From positions 672,001 to 736,000 of the forward strand of contig CAWGMQ010000003.1 of the NCBI GenBank assembly GCA_963823665.1: 64,000 bases of DNA, read 5' to 3'. The notes under the pieces are model-generated. The model saw nothing but the letters and a program-made list of their open reading frames with translations, was not told the origin of the DNA and did no database searches. Below are positions 33,662-45,206 of the stretch, piece by piece. Numbering within the stretch: the stretch's first letter is position 1; each line of letters begins with the position of its first letter. A program made the translations under genes and the position numbers. Origin of the DNA: an uncultured Planctomycetota bacterium. Its GTDB lineage: Bacteria; Planctomycetota; Planctomycetia; Isosphaerales; Isosphaeraceae.

Positions 33662-34305
33662 GAACCCGCAGCCGCGCGGCCGCCGTACTCAACCGTCTTG
33701 AGCAAGCATGGTCTCGGCGCGACACCGAGCCCGGGGATATCGATCGGTTCCTTACCCGTGTTTCTAAAACGTATTTACATTTCGCATTCGCCCAGTTGTG
33801 TTTGCGGCTCGATGATCACGCGCACTTCAAGCTGTGGAGTAAACAAATGCGTGAATCGGCTTTTGCCGCGATCGAATCGGCCAAGACATGCCCGAAGCAT
33901 CTGGCTGAGCATCCACGCCTCCTGCTCTGGACAGGGATGGCGAAGTATCCAATCGGGACAGGATTGTTCTGGGAAGGAAAATACCATGAGGCTTGGAGTG
34001 CAATTCATCTTGCCAGAGTTGATTTGCAGCGAGTACCTGATGACACGGGTTACACCGAGGCGACGTTCTTGTTCGCGGACGTCGCAATCAGGTTCCTGAA
34101 CCCCTTGAGCACTCAATCTCCTGACACGTGGCCTGCCACACGTGAACGAGTATTGGAGATTGCCAGGCTTTCTTTAGAAGGGTGTGATTGGTTCCTGGCG
34201 ACGAAGTCCCGAGTGGCAGGCAAGGAGAGCGTCGAGCGAATGAATCAATTGAAGGGTCAACTGGAGGCGATTGAGAAAAGACTAGAACTAGCTACCAAGA
34301 GGTGA
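33547..34305 (+). CDS. Hypothetical helical protein
   Basis: 252-aa ORF with protein-like composition that overlaps the caspase ORF end. Start is uncertain. Confidence 0.5.
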   Translation: MPTAQNVAECAFQMVLVAACQFRANRDLGSYEQIDRAMRTRSRAAAVLNRLEQAWSRRDTEPGDIDRFLTRVSKTYLHFAFAQLCLRLDDHAHFKLWSKQMRESAFAAIESAKTCPKHLAEHPRLLLWTGMAKYPIGTGLFWEGKYHEAWSAIHLARVDLQRVPDDTGYTEATFLFADVAIRFLNPLSTQSPDTWPATRERVLEIARLSLEGCDWFLATKSRVAGKESVERMNQLKGQLEAIEKRLELATKR

Positions 34306-34711
34306 GTTGCTCCGGACAACCCGAGCAGAACGCCAGGCCGATGGTTTCTGCTGCCGATCCGCCCGCGAAGGAATGGGTAAGAGGTTGTCGCCTCAAGGTC
34401 CGGACGGTATCGAGCAGATGACGTCTCAAGTGTTCTCCGACCAGCCCCAGTAATAGCGGTACAGTTGCCGGACGAACTTCGTCAAAAAAACGTTTGAGAA
34501 GCGGCAGTAAGGCGGCATTAAGCACATCTACCGTTTCCTGTCCATCATGACGGACGATCTCGAATCCCTTCAACCGCTTGCGCACGATCAAGAGCATTCG
34601 ATCGTAGGACTGATTGATCAATTCCTTCTTCGCGTCCACATTTCCCTTATTGGCCTCGATGAGAAGTAGTTGCAATTGCTCGGTCGCGGCTCGGAATTCG
34701 TTCCTTGGCAT
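34292..34711 (-). pseudogene. ECF sigma factor N-terminal (region 2) fragment
   Basis: GNVDAKKELINQSYDRMLLIVRKRL...ETVDVLNAALLPLLK...VRPATVPLLLGLVGEHLRRHLLD resembles the ECF at 25035. No region 4 is present. Confidence 0.6.
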
Positions 34712-34905
34712 CGCATTCTCCGATTCCGTGTCGATTGCCTCGATGTCATGATGGCTGTGACAATTCCATATGGTGTCCCCGGAATCACGCGCGATGCGGT
34801 ATCGTGACTGGCTGTTGATCAAATATCGCGTCGAGATCCTCTCCCGCTTCCCAAGAAGTTTACCGTCGCCGCTCACGACGAGCAAACTATGACGGTCCAC
34901 TTTCG

Positions 34906-35118
34906 TTACCGCTGGCTCGCGTTCTGAGCGGCCTGCTCCATGCAGCGCTCGTCTCGCGCCCGAAGCTCGGGCGTGAGGGCAGGCCCGAAGTCTTCCATCT
35001 CGACGAGCTGGCGGATCTCGAGCACGACTCCGTCTGGAAAGGGTGCGCGTTTCATCCAGGCGATCGCCTCTTCCGTCGATTCCAGCCGGATCAGCCAGAA
35101 GCCGGCGAGCAGCTCCTT
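34906..35118 (-). pseudogene. YciI/DGPF-family protein, C-terminal fragment
   Basis: KELLAGFWLIRLESTEEAIAWMKRAPFPDGVVLEIRQLVEMEDFG... The N-terminal half is missing. Confidence 0.7.
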
Positions 35119-35318
35119 CTACACGATCACTGCGATGGGAAGGATCGGCCCCGAGCTTCTCGGCGTCTAGAAGACGGAGTCAGCCGACACGATTGCTGCA
35201 AAAACATCCCCCGGCGATCACAACTGTGTTGAATGACTTGCTGCGCTCCAGTCTAATGCGGCACTGGCGTAACGTGATGATGGCGCCCAGGGCTTCTAAC
35301 GGATCTCATTTCGACATC

Positions 35319-36157
35319 GGACGGAAACAGGGACGCACCTAGTATTTGCGCCGCGCGCCGTGTCGAAATCTCTTCGTGTTATGCCAAGAAGAGCGAGAGA
35401 AGCACCTGGTGGCTGTGTTTACCACGTCCTTAACCGATCGGTCGGGAGGATGCACATGTTGCGTAAGGAGGCCGAATTCGAGGCGTTCGAGCGCGTCATG
35501 GTTGAGGCGCACTTGCGGCAACCTCTGCGTATCCTTTCGTATTGAGTTTTTGTCCAACCACTGGCATTTCGTCGTCTCGCCGGAGGGGGACGGTCAACTG
35601 ACGGAATTCTTCCGGCGGCTCGCGCACACGCACGCGATGCGCTGGCGCGTTTCGCACCGGACAGTAGGGTACGGGCACCTCTATCAAGGGCGGTTCAAAA
35701 GCTTCCCGGTGCAGAGTGACGACCACTTGCTGTCGCTGTTGCGGTATGTCGAGCGGAATCCCTTGTCGGCAAGATTGGTCGAGAAAGCGCAGCTCTGGCG
35801 GTGGGGCAGCCTTTGGTCGAGGGTGCACGGGGACGAGGCTATCAAGAGTTTGCTGTCGCCCTGGCAGGTGGGCCGGCTTGCGAGCTGGACGGCTCGCGTC
35901 AATACTCCATTGACCGCGAAGGAATTAGATCGACTGCGGCTAAGCATCGAGCGCGGGCGGCCGTATGGCAGTGACGAGTGGGTGAGAAAAACCGTAGCGG
36001 ATCTCGGCCTGGAGCACACCGTTCGTTCAGAAGGTCGTCCACGCAGGGAAAGCCAAACCCCGAAGGGTCAGGCTTTCTAGCAAGAGAACACGCAGAGCGA
36101 AAGGCGCCGCACAATTATTGGCAGGGGTAAAAACTAGTTGCGTCCCGGTTTCCGTCC
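35319..36157 (+). mobile_element. REP-associated tyrosine (Y1/HUH, RAYT-like) transposase gene 35381..36080, disrupted, flanked by 25-bp inverted repeats
   Basis: MPRRAR...YHVLNR...ILSY*(stop plus extra T)...LSNHWHFVV...GHLYQGRFKS...YVERNP...WRWGS. The IRs at 35319..35343 and 36133..36157 match at 23/25. Confidence 0.85.
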
Positions 36158-36307
36158 CGTGGTGGTGTTCAGCGAGGAGTGTCGTTTTTCTATCGGGGCT
36201 TTCCGCCACTCGGACCGACACGCTAGAATGACTCGATCACGCGTCCACGGGGCGGTGGATCGACATCGCCGAATCGATGAGAGAGTCTCGAACATCGTGG
36301 TAGTTCT

Positions 36308-39300
36308 ATGAGTGAAGGCGCGAAACGCCGGCGTCGCTCCCCTCTCCGGCTGGAAGACCTGGAAAACCGCTACCTTTTGACGACGTTCACCGTCTCCACG
36401 ACGGCCGACGATCCCAGCGATCCGATTGCCGGCTCGTTGCGTGCGGCGATCATCCAGGTCAATGACGATCAGGACCCCCAGGGAACAGACCAGATCGTTT
36501 TTTCGATTCCGGGGGACGGCGTTCAAACCATCGAGCCGACGGCTCCGCTGCCAACGATCGACGCCCCGGTCATTGTGGACGGGACGACGCAGCCTGGTTA
36601 TAACGCCAAGCCGCTCATTGAAATCAGTGGCGCGCTCGTTCCGAACGATTTTTCTGCCGGCCTGGGCATTGAGTCGAATAGCCTCGTACGCGGGCTCGTC
36701 ATCGATCGGTTCCCGGGTGATGGGCTGGACGTGTGGGGATCGGACGACGTGATCGAATCCAACTACATTGGCACTGATCCGACCGGCAGCGTCGCCGAGG
36801 GTAATGCCGGCGACGGCATCGAGCTGGACGGCAAGAACTCAACCATCTCGGGGAACGTGGTCTCGAGCAACGGAATTCTCGCTGGGGCGTTCCATGCGGA
36901 GATCGGCGTCCAGTCCAGCGGCGCAGGGCGCTCATTGTCGGCAACCTCATCGGCACCGATTCGACCGGTGCGGATATCCTGGCATCGTCGTCGCACTACG
37001 CGCCGGGTGAATCCCTCACCACGGGGATCTTCGTGGATGATGCCGCCGCCACGATTGGCGGCACAACGGCCGCGAGCCGCAACGTCATCGCGGGTGAGAA
37101 CGTCGGGATCGTCCTTGCCGATTTGGGGTTGCCCGGCACAACCGTGGGCGTTCTGGTCGAGGGAAACGACATCGGCACGGACGCCACGGGAATGAATGCG
37201 CCGGGAACAGACCCTAGCTCCAAGGACGGCCCCTACCGTCAGTCGATCGGGATCTCTGTCGGCGATGTCAACGGATTCACGATCGGCGGCACGGCGGCTG
37301 GGGCGCGCAATCTCATCTCAGGAAACACGTACGAAGGAGTCCAGATCGGTCAGGACGATGGGTCGACCAGCACGGGCCTGGTGATCGGCAACTGGATTGG
37401 AACGGACGCCACCGGAGAGGCCGCGCTGAGCAATGGGATAGGGATCAGCATCGATCAAGATGGCACGACGATCGGCGGGTCGGATCCGGGTGAGCCAAAT
37501 CGCATCGCGTTCAACTCCACCGCCGTGGAAATTCACGGCAGTGACGACAATCTTCGGAATAATTCCATCTACGCGAATACGTCGAGCGCGATCGCTCTCG
37601 ATAGCACCACACACGCCAACGACGGCTCCATGCCCCCCGTCCTGGACTCGGTCGAACTGGTCGACGGTTCGACGGTGGTCGAGGGAACGATCGACTCGAA
37701 GCCGAACACCGAGTACTCCATCGATCTCTTCGACAACCCCACGTTGCCGGCGACGACCGAGCCCCAGGCCGAGAAACTGCTGGGCACCGTCACTGTGCTC
37801 ACCGATACCAGCGGCCATGGCGAGTTCTCGGCCACGCTGCCCGCGGTCGACGACGTCGGGCGGGTTGCGGCCTTCGCCACTGACCCGAGCGGAAACACCT
37901 CGGCGATCGGCTACAAGCTCAATGCTTCGCCCACAGTTTTCCAGAGCTATACATCAATCAGTATAAGCAATATTGTTGCGACGTTCACCGATAACTACCT
38001 TGGCCTCATTTCCAGTCAGTTCAGCGCGATCATCGACTGGGGAGACGGCGCGATCTCGACGGGCACCGTTGAGAGCGTGCGCCAGGGGGTCTTCCAGGTC
38101 AGCGGATCTCATTTGTATAAGTTCCCGTCGGCGACGAGCGACGGGACTCCGGTGAGCGTTTCCATCGCGACGATCGATGGGACCGCAACGGCGGAAGTGA
38201 CGTCGACGGCGCACGTTTCACCCCTGGGCCCGATCACTTTCTCGTTCGTGTTCAACGATCCGCAAGGACTCTTCGCGCCTTTCCCCTATCTGCTGACCGA
38301 CCTCGAAGCCGCCGGCGACGCACTCTCGCGGTTGCTTTTGGGAGCGCCTACCAAGATCGTTGTATCGGCAAGAACCGATATCGATAGGGCACAAGGCGGG
38401 CCCGGAGTCATCTGGCTCAACCCTCAATACCTCTCGACGTTTTGGTTCGATCCTCTGCGAGACCGCCTCGACGCGATCCCGCCGAATGTCATTGATGCCG
38501 TATCAGTATTCACCCACGAAATGGTTCACGGACTGGGTTTTTACAGCACCCGGGTGCTTTCTGGGCCGAATTACGGCCAGTTGAGTCCGGTTCCCAGCGT
38601 GTTCGATGGATTCACCGCCTTCGGTACTGGCGGCGTTCCCTCGATCCTCTACTTTAGCGGCCCGAACGCCGTCAAACTGTATGGCGGCCCGGTTCCACTC
38701 ACCAGCCTGGGCGCCAACAATGGGTCACCCGACAACGAAAACTTCAGCCATGTGGGCAATCCGCCAGGAAATCCCGGTTCGAACTTGCTGGGCGACCTGA
38801 TGAATGGCGTTGCATTTCCCTTCGGCCGGGTCTGGCCGAGCGCGCTCGACCTGGCGATTCTCGAGGATATCGGCTGGTTGACGACGGGCGAGTCGGCCGG
38901 CCCCCCGCCTGGTTTCCAGACGACTAGCTCAAGCTCGCCTCCGCAAGTCGCGAGCGATACCGCCCAGTTCACGGTCAGCCATCGGCGTGTTCTTTTCGTG
39001 GCCGTTGTTCTTGTGTTCGACGTATCCCTTGATCCCACGACCGCCGGAAACATGGCGAGTTATTCGGTTTCGCTGCCTGGCGCCAGTCGTCGCAGCCGAC
39101 GCAAGGCTGTCCGGCTGGCGAGTGCCGTCTATGACCCGGAAAACTCGACCGTCACCCTGCGATTTGCGAAGCCGCAGTCGCTGATCAAGTCGCTCACGGT
39201 CACGCTTACGGGCATCGAGAGCTCGGAGTCGCAACCGCTTGCGGGCAAGACGTCGTTTGTCATCAACCCGAAAGAATCGCCCAAACCAAAGGTCAAGCCG

Positions 39301-39483
39301 CCGCGGCGCGAGTTCTACAGCGGAACGAATTTCTCACCCCGATTTCCATGCTTCGTTCCGGGGACACCATACCGAATCGCACGCCAGTCTAACGGGACGG
39401 CACTACCGGCAAAGGCCAGATTGGCCGACTTGTACAGGGCTGAGCTTCGCGCATGTTCGGAACGGCCGACGACCTTGTGCTAA
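36308..39483 (+). CDS. Large secreted LEPRxLL-type protein with beta-helix repeats and an HExxH zinc-peptidase-like domain, frameshift near 36930
   Basis: RRRRSPLRLEDLENRYLL leader, GNxIGTDxTG repeats, IDWGDG (PKD-like), THEMVHGLGF, DLMNG and LDLAILEDIGW. Confidence 0.8.
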
Positions 39484-40157
39484 GCTTGCTTCACGGGTTG
39501 CAGATCACACCGCATGCGCCGCACCTGGCTTGCAATCCAAGCGCGGATTGCCCTAACCGGACGATGCAGGAGTCGTCAATACTTGAACTCTGCGACAGGA
39601 ACCCGGCTTCTGGTGGGCTTGACCTGATGCCAGACAATCCGATTCTTCCAGGCGTTCGATGTTTGCTTTCTTCGCACGCGGAAAGTCTTCGAGATCATGC
39701 AACCGGGCGCTGTGAGCCCTCCGTGAACATAAACGGCCGATTGCGGCCGCCTTCATTTTCTCAGAATCACGGATGCCTTTGGCGACCGCGAGGGCCTCGC
39801 GGCAAGTCTTCAGCGGCTTGGGACAAGCGAGCTGGTTCGTTCACGCCAACCGTGCCGCCGGTGGAAGCACCACTCGGCGGCCTTGCGGTCAACGAGGTGG
39901 AATCCCAGGAGTCGCAGAAGACGACGACCGTTTGGGTGGCGCCTCGGGATTCGATGAGGCGAGCCTTGATCTGGCGAATGATCTTGGTAAAGGAGCGAGG
40001 CGAGTTCCCGGTCCAGCCTTTTGTCGCCGCGAGCAGGATTGCGTCCCGGTTTCCGTCCCACTCGCCCATCGTCGTGCCGGCCTGGACCGGTGCGTAAATC
40101 GGCGACGAGCCGATCGAGGTCGCCAACTGGATAACCACTGCTCTAAATCGCGAACCG

Positions 40158-40820
40158 ATGCTAAGATTTACGCTGTGGAGATGGGGCCCTGATCGCGGCG
40201 ACCCGCTCACAGTGCCGCTGTTCTTAATCGGCTTGCCCGGCGCCGTGTTCACCCCTTTCGGGGACGTCGCGTTGGCTCCTTCTGGCCAGGATGCAATGCG
40301 TGTGACGACAGACCGAGCGGGACAGTACGATGCCAGTGAACGAGTGGGCTCAATGGGCAGGTACGCGCTGGTAGGACTGGCAGCAGGATCGCTTCCGCTG
40401 CTCTTGTGTGGGTCGATACTCGTGCTACCTGGGGCGAGCTCTCGCTCTCTTCCTTTGGCTACTTGCGTGATCATCAACCCGTTGATCGGCGCCGGCCTTG
40501 GATGTTTGTACCACCGATATCCCACCCCGAGAAGATCGCTCGCGTCGTCGTTTTTCGCGGACGCGCCGCTCACTGTACAAGAGAATTCGAAGGGAGGCCG
40601 GCGGATCGGCACGCTCGCGTTGACCGGGTTCGGCGTGGGGATCGCGACCGCGCTTCTGGCGACGACCCTGGAGGTCGCCTGGCGCGGCTGGTCGTTCCTC
40701 GATGTAACGCTGATCCCTGCGATGCTCATTTATCCGTGGTTTTGCACTGCGGAAGGACGCCACCTGGGCCTACGGCTGGGGCATCCGAGACCGTCGATCC
40801 GTGCTTCCGCGTTAGTCTGA
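40158..40820 (+). CDS. Hypothetical multi-pass membrane protein (start uncertain, may continue by frameshift)
   Basis: Several hydrophobic segments. A downstream frame carries FRVSLRTLMVLLAYVGL, a motif common in planctomycete membrane proteins. Confidence 0.45.
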   Translation: MLRFTLWRWGPDRGDPLTVPLFLIGLPGAVFTPFGDVALAPSGQDAMRVTTDRAGQYDASERVGSMGRYALVGLAAGSLPLLLCGSILVLPGASSRSLPLATCVIINPLIGAGLGCLYHRYPTPRRSLASSFFADAPLTVQENSKGGRRIGTLALTGFGVGIATALLATTLEVAWRGWSFLDVTLIPAMLIYPWFCTAEGRHLGLRLGHPRPSIRASALV

Positions 40821-40999
40821 GGACATTGATGGTCCTGCTGGCATACGTCGGGCTCATGTTTGGTTCTCGGTATGGAGGCGGTGCGCCTCAGTCGCAATGC
40901 GAGGCATTTTCATGAGATGTCGCTTAGCGAGCAATCGATCGGTGTCCTCCCGCATGGCGGACCAATTCGCGACGTTCTCCATGATCGATCCGCGCTCGC

Positions 41000-41458
41000 T
41001 CAACTCTGGGGCCTAAGTGGCAGAAAGGCGGACGGACGCACAAGAAAACGCTTCGAGAGTGCGAGAACTTGGTTCCTTGTGAGTGACCGGGTTCCGTTCA
41101 GGACAGCAGAGATTGTGGACTGCGCAATCCCGACTCTCTCCTCGAGCGCCCTTTGGGTGAGTCCATTCGCTCTCATCAGCTCGCGTAGCACGTCGGCCTC
41201 AGAAACGTCCAGCGCCGGCTCGTGTTCCTCCTCATAAGCCTCGACAAGGCAAGTCAGGGCACCCAGATACATCTCGCCTTCCGCGTCCAGGTCTTCTTGC
41301 AACAGCTTGTCAAGCACGGCCTGTGCCTCGACCAAGTGCGCCTCATTGCGAATGGGCTCAAGCGGGAAATTTCTCACTCGTGCGATGTACTTGGAGAGCC
41401 CCGTTGGTCGTAGTTTCTTGTGGGTGAGTCGCGCTCGTTTGTCAGTCTGCACAGCCAT
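41000..41458 (-). CDS. HigA-like antitoxin (XRE HTH)
   Basis: PLEPIRNEAHL...YLGALTCLVEAYEEEH...LRELMRANGLTQRAL...STISAVLNGTRSLT. Confidence 0.85.
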   Translation of the reverse strand: MAVQTDKRARLTHKKLRPTGLSKYIARVRNFPLEPIRNEAHLVEAQAVLDKLLQEDLDAEGEMYLGALTCLVEAYEEEHEPALDVSEADVLRELMRANGLTQRALEERVGIAQSTISAVLNGTRSLTRNQVLALSKRFLVRPSAFLPLRPQS

Positions 41459-41461
41459 CGT

Positions 41462-41615
41462 TCATTTCCCCTTTCTCTGCCCATGCGGCGCCGGCTTTCC
41501 CTTCGGTGGCACTGTCGTTGCGATGGCAGGTTTCTTCGGTGGCGGCTTGTGACACCCGCAGTCATTAACCCAGTTCCCCTTGTCGTATTCTTGGTGATCC
41601 ATCACCCGTAAGAAT
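41462..41615 (-). pseudogene. HigB-like toxin C-terminal remnant
   Basis: LRVMDHQEYDKGNW resembles the HxEYD C-terminal motif of HigB toxins and lies directly upstream of the antitoxin. Upstream sequence does not look like HigB. Confidence 0.55.
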
Positions 41616-41907
41616 TCGTCGAGCAATTCGCGGCTTTCCCGCCCGAGTTGAATCAGCAGGACACCATCGAGCGGTACGAATACACGGACGTAATGTGCGA
41701 GGTCTGCAGGCTGCATTTCATGCGTGTACTTTCGGAAGAATGCAGCTCTTGGTCCGCGAGTCGCAGTGGCTCGGTGCGGGCCCACTGACGAATCCGATCT
41801 TGCGAAGTTTATCGCATTCTTCAAAAAAACTTGGGACCGCGAAGTCCACTCGCTGCATAGTAATGCCGGGTGCAGGTGCATTCTAGACCACGACGAGACG
41901 GACAATC

Positions 41908-43578
41908 ATGGGAATCGGGCAAGTCGGCGGCGCATGGCGGCCATTGCGAGCCCTGTTCGAGGCTGGGACGACGACGGGGCTGACCGACACTGAGCTCCTC
42001 GAGCGGTACACGGTGAAGCGGGCGAAATCGGCCGAAGCCGCGGCAGCGGCCGAGTCGGCTTTCGCGACCTTGGTGGATCGCCATGGCGCAATGGTCTGGG
42101 GGGTGTGCCACCGCGTGCTCGGCGATACCCACGAGGCAGAGGACGCTTTCCAGGCGACCTTCCTCGTTCTCGTGCGAAAAGCCGGATCCGTGCGGGTGAA
42201 CGGGTCCCTCGGCCGCTGGCTCTATGGAGTCGCCCACCGCGTCTCGCTGCGATCGAGGTCTCAGGCTGCACACCGGCGGACTGCGATCGAGGGAATTCCT
42301 TCTCCGTCGGCGGATGATCGAGCGGGCGACGTCGAGCTCAGCGAACTCCGCGCCGTCGTCGGTGAGGAAGTGGACGCGCTGCCGGCGAAGTATAGATGCC
42401 CGGTCGAGCTGTGTCACCTGCAGGGCATGACGTACGATCAAGCGGCACGGCAGCTCAACTGGCCAGTCGCGACCGTCAAAAACCGACTCAGGAAGGGTCG
42501 ACTCAGGTTGCGGGCGAAGCTGGCGCGGCGAGGCCTCGCGCCGGGCGTAGTTGCCGCCGGCTTGACGACGTTGCTCACGAATGAATCCCGAGCGGCCATT
42601 CCAGCGAAACTCATTCACTCGACGGCCCGCGCGGCAACTGCGTCGTCCGCCTGCGCATTTTCGTGTGCGGTCACCGATCTTACCCAAAGAACCATCAAGG
42701 TGATGAGGTGGGAGAAGCTGAAACTGGTCGCGGCCGGCGCTGTTGCCGCTTTTGGACTAGGTCTGACAACTCATGCCGTATCGCAGCGCGCTCCTAGCGG
42801 AGGGCTTCTCGCGCCGCCGTCGCTGCAATCCGGGTCGCGGCCACGCCAGAAAACGAACGAAAGCAACATGCGCGATCAGCGCTTTACAAGAAGCCTGCCC
42901 AGCGGAGCAACCATCGAGATCATCGGTGTTTCTTCTGTACCGTCTGGGCCCGATACCTGGCACCGGCCCGATGGAACGCCATTACATCCCGCCCCCTGTG
43001 ACCGAATCGACGACGGCATCACGAGCGACAACTGCATCAAGAGGCTGGTCGTGGCTCGCCTGAGCCGCATTCCTCCGGGAGCTGACGAGCAATGGTCGAT
43101 CATCGAGTCGCGCGGAGGAAAGCTGGTGCCGGCCAAGCGAGAGGGCGAAACCGTAGCCGGCCTCTTTTGCGCGACCGCCGCGATCCCCGCCGATGCGGGC
43201 ATTTGCACGGCCCGTTTCAAGGTGGCGTTCGGTCCGTGGAACATCAATCAGACCAAGTGGCACTATGCCGGCAGTGGCGGCACCGAGGACGGAGCAAACT
43301 ACATCTTGGGTGACGCAGTCGCGACCGCGAAAGGCACGTCATTATTATTCATTTACAATATCGAGAACTGGCCGGTTCGGCTCGTCGCGATCGACTTAGC
43401 CGGCGTGGAGTGCCCGGGGGTGATCAGTTCGGCCCTCGATGGGGGATTCTGGCGCCAAATCAATTTTGAGTTCGACACGCCTCCGGATCAAATCAAGGAT
43501 TACCGGCTCGAGGCCCGGCCCTACTACGAACAAGTTGAGATAACGGGTGTCGCTTTGGAACGAGTCAAGCCTGATTGA
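41908..43578 (+). CDS. ECF sigma-70 factor with long C-terminal TM/extracytoplasmic extension
   Basis: AFATLVDRHGAMVWGVCHRVL...AEDAFQATFLVL...LPAKYRCPVELCHLQG...TVKNRL, then a TM segment and a soluble domain. This is a typical planctomycete architecture. Confidence 0.9.
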   Translation: MGIGQVGGAWRPLRALFEAGTTTGLTDTELLERYTVKRAKSAEAAAAAESAFATLVDRHGAMVWGVCHRVLGDTHEAEDAFQATFLVLVRKAGSVRVNGSLGRWLYGVAHRVSLRSRSQAAHRRTAIEGIPSPSADDRAGDVELSELRAVVGEEVDALPAKYRCPVELCHLQGMTYDQAARQLNWPVATVKNRLRKGRLRLRAKLARRGLAPGVVAAGLTTLLTNESRAAIPAKLIHSTARAATASSACAFSCAVTDLTQRTIKVMRWEKLKLVAAGAVAAFGLGLTTHAVSQRAPSGGLLAPPSLQSGSRPRQKTNESNMRDQRFTRSLPSGATIEIIGVSSVPSGPDTWHRPDGTPLHPAPCDRIDDGITSDNCIKRLVVARLSRIPPGADEQWSIIESRGGKLVPAKREGETVAGLFCATAAIPADAGICTARFKVAFGPWNINQTKWHYAGSGGTEDGANYILGDAVATAKGTSLLFIYNIENWPVRLVAIDLAGVECPGVISSALDGGFWRQINFEFDTPPDQIKDYRLEARPYYEQVEITGVALERVKPD

Positions 43579-43627
43579 GCCGTCGTCACGACCCATGCCC
43601 CCATCACGAACACCAGAAGGAGCAATC

Positions 43628-44220
43628 ATGAGGCAATTTGTATTCGCGACCGCGGCAGTTTCCATACTCGTCGCTGGCGGTCGCACCACACTGGCAGGCC
43701 AGATCACTTACTCACTCCAAAACTACGCCGCAGACCAGAACGGTTCAACCTTGACGGGGTCGATCACAACCGACGGGAATCTTGGCACATTGACAGCGGC
43801 TGATATCGTCGCATGGACGTGGACGGTTACACCTCCAGTCGGGCGCCTTTCACCCTATCGGGATCGGGAGCCGACAGCATTGTTCAAAATCTCATCGCCA
43901 CAGACACGCAGCTTCTACTTCCAGAAATCCAGACTGAAAATCAAAACTTCGAGCTCGCACTTGTTGGCGGGAACGCCGACCTGCAGTACCGGCGTGACTT
44001 TTTCCACGACGGGGTACCCGATCGATACATTGGCAGCCCCGGTGGTGTCAATTTCTGGGCTACAACCAACCCTGGAATGGGGGGGACCGACCCGTGGGTG
44101 ATCGGTGTGGCTGCGTCGTCTGTTCCCGAACCATCGGGCGCTGTGCTCCTGGGCTTGGGCATCACGGGATTGATCGTCGCCGGCGCGCGGCGCCGATTTA
44201 GCCGGAAGCAATGCAACTGA
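43628..44220 (+). CDS. PEP-CTERM sorting domain protein, frameshift near 43840
   Basis: AGGAG RBS, signal peptide MRQFVFATAAVSIL and C-terminal VPEPSGAVLLGLGITGLIVAGARRR. Confidence 0.85.
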
Positions 44221-44311
44221 TAACCGGGCGCCGGAAGTTATGCCTCCGCGAGGAGCGGGCGACAACGGTCCGAAAGCCCGTCTCGCGCGACCACAACCAG
44301 GAGTTGACCCG

Positions 44312-44656
44312 ATGACGATCCAGCGACGCAATCGCACCCACCGGCTTCAGCTCGAGGCGCTCGACGCCCGGGACGTGCCCTCGGTCGTGAACCCCCATGC
44401 CGGGCTGCTCCGGCCGATGGCTCGGGCAGAGGTCCACAAGGTGGCCAAACACCCCGTGCGGGCGGCCCGAGTCCACGCACCCGCGATCGTGGCCGCCGTG
44501 TCGTCGAGCATCCCACCTGCGGGAAGCTCGCCCGAGCCGATCATCGTCGTCCTCGGCCCGGTGCTCCCCGCCGTGGAGACCGAGGTCCAGGTCCAGATCA
44601 GCCAGCCGATGACGGCGCCAGCCCCGGTCCTGATCGGTTCCATCACGAGCGCCTGA
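44312..44656 (+). CDS. Small secreted LEPRxLL-like protein
   Basis: AGGAG RBS and MTIQRRNRTHRLQLEALDARDVPS leader. Confidence 0.6.
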   Translation: MTIQRRNRTHRLQLEALDARDVPSVVNPHAGLLRPMARAEVHKVAKHPVRAARVHAPAIVAAVSSSIPPAGSSPEPIIVVLGPVLPAVETEVQVQISQPMTAPAPVLIGSITSA

Positions 44657-44845
44657 CGGCCGGGTTGCCCGTCCTCGGGACGGACCGAGCCGGTCGGCGG
44701 GCTGAGCCCCCTCCTAGGAAAGTCGCGGGCCGATTTGCTGTAGCGATCGGTGGGGCCCGGCTGGCTCGGGCCGCTGCTGGTGTACCGTGGAGGTTTTTGG
44801 GGTGGGCGGGGGTTCGAGTTGACTACCGATGGGCTGCGCTCGACT

Positions 44846-45206
44846 TTATCCCCGGAGGGGCAGGAACACGACGAGCTGGTCGCTGATCTCTTCCTCGAGC
44901 ATGTGCTCTGCGATGAGCAGGATGTCATCGATGGCCGAACCGACGGATTGCTCGTTGGTCGTGACAATGAGGCCGGGCGTTGGCGCTCCCGCCGCGGAGC
45001 GTTGATACGCGAAACCAACAATCGTGTTCCGATCGTTGGTGATCAAGACGCGTTCCTCTGCAGCGGCCCAGGCGAGGACGTCGGGGTCTGGCGTGCCTTC
45101 GGGCAGCGCGTCTTGGGCACGGACCAAGTCGATCTCGGGACGGCGGCGGCGCAGGCCGCGGATGAATTCCACCGTGGACGTCTGCGTCACTGGCGAGTCG
45201 AAGCAT
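44846..45206 (-). CDS. DUF5615 PIN-like toxin, frameshift near 45170
   Basis: MLRLASDADVH / IRGLRRRRPEIDLVRAQD...DPDVLAWAAAEERVLITNDRNT. Confidence 0.75.

Noticed and set aside
39767..40729. 320-aa minus-strand ORF
   Set aside because: Mostly antisense to a membrane protein. Only a ~50-aa stretch next to the repeat at 40039 looks protein-like and I cannot assign it.
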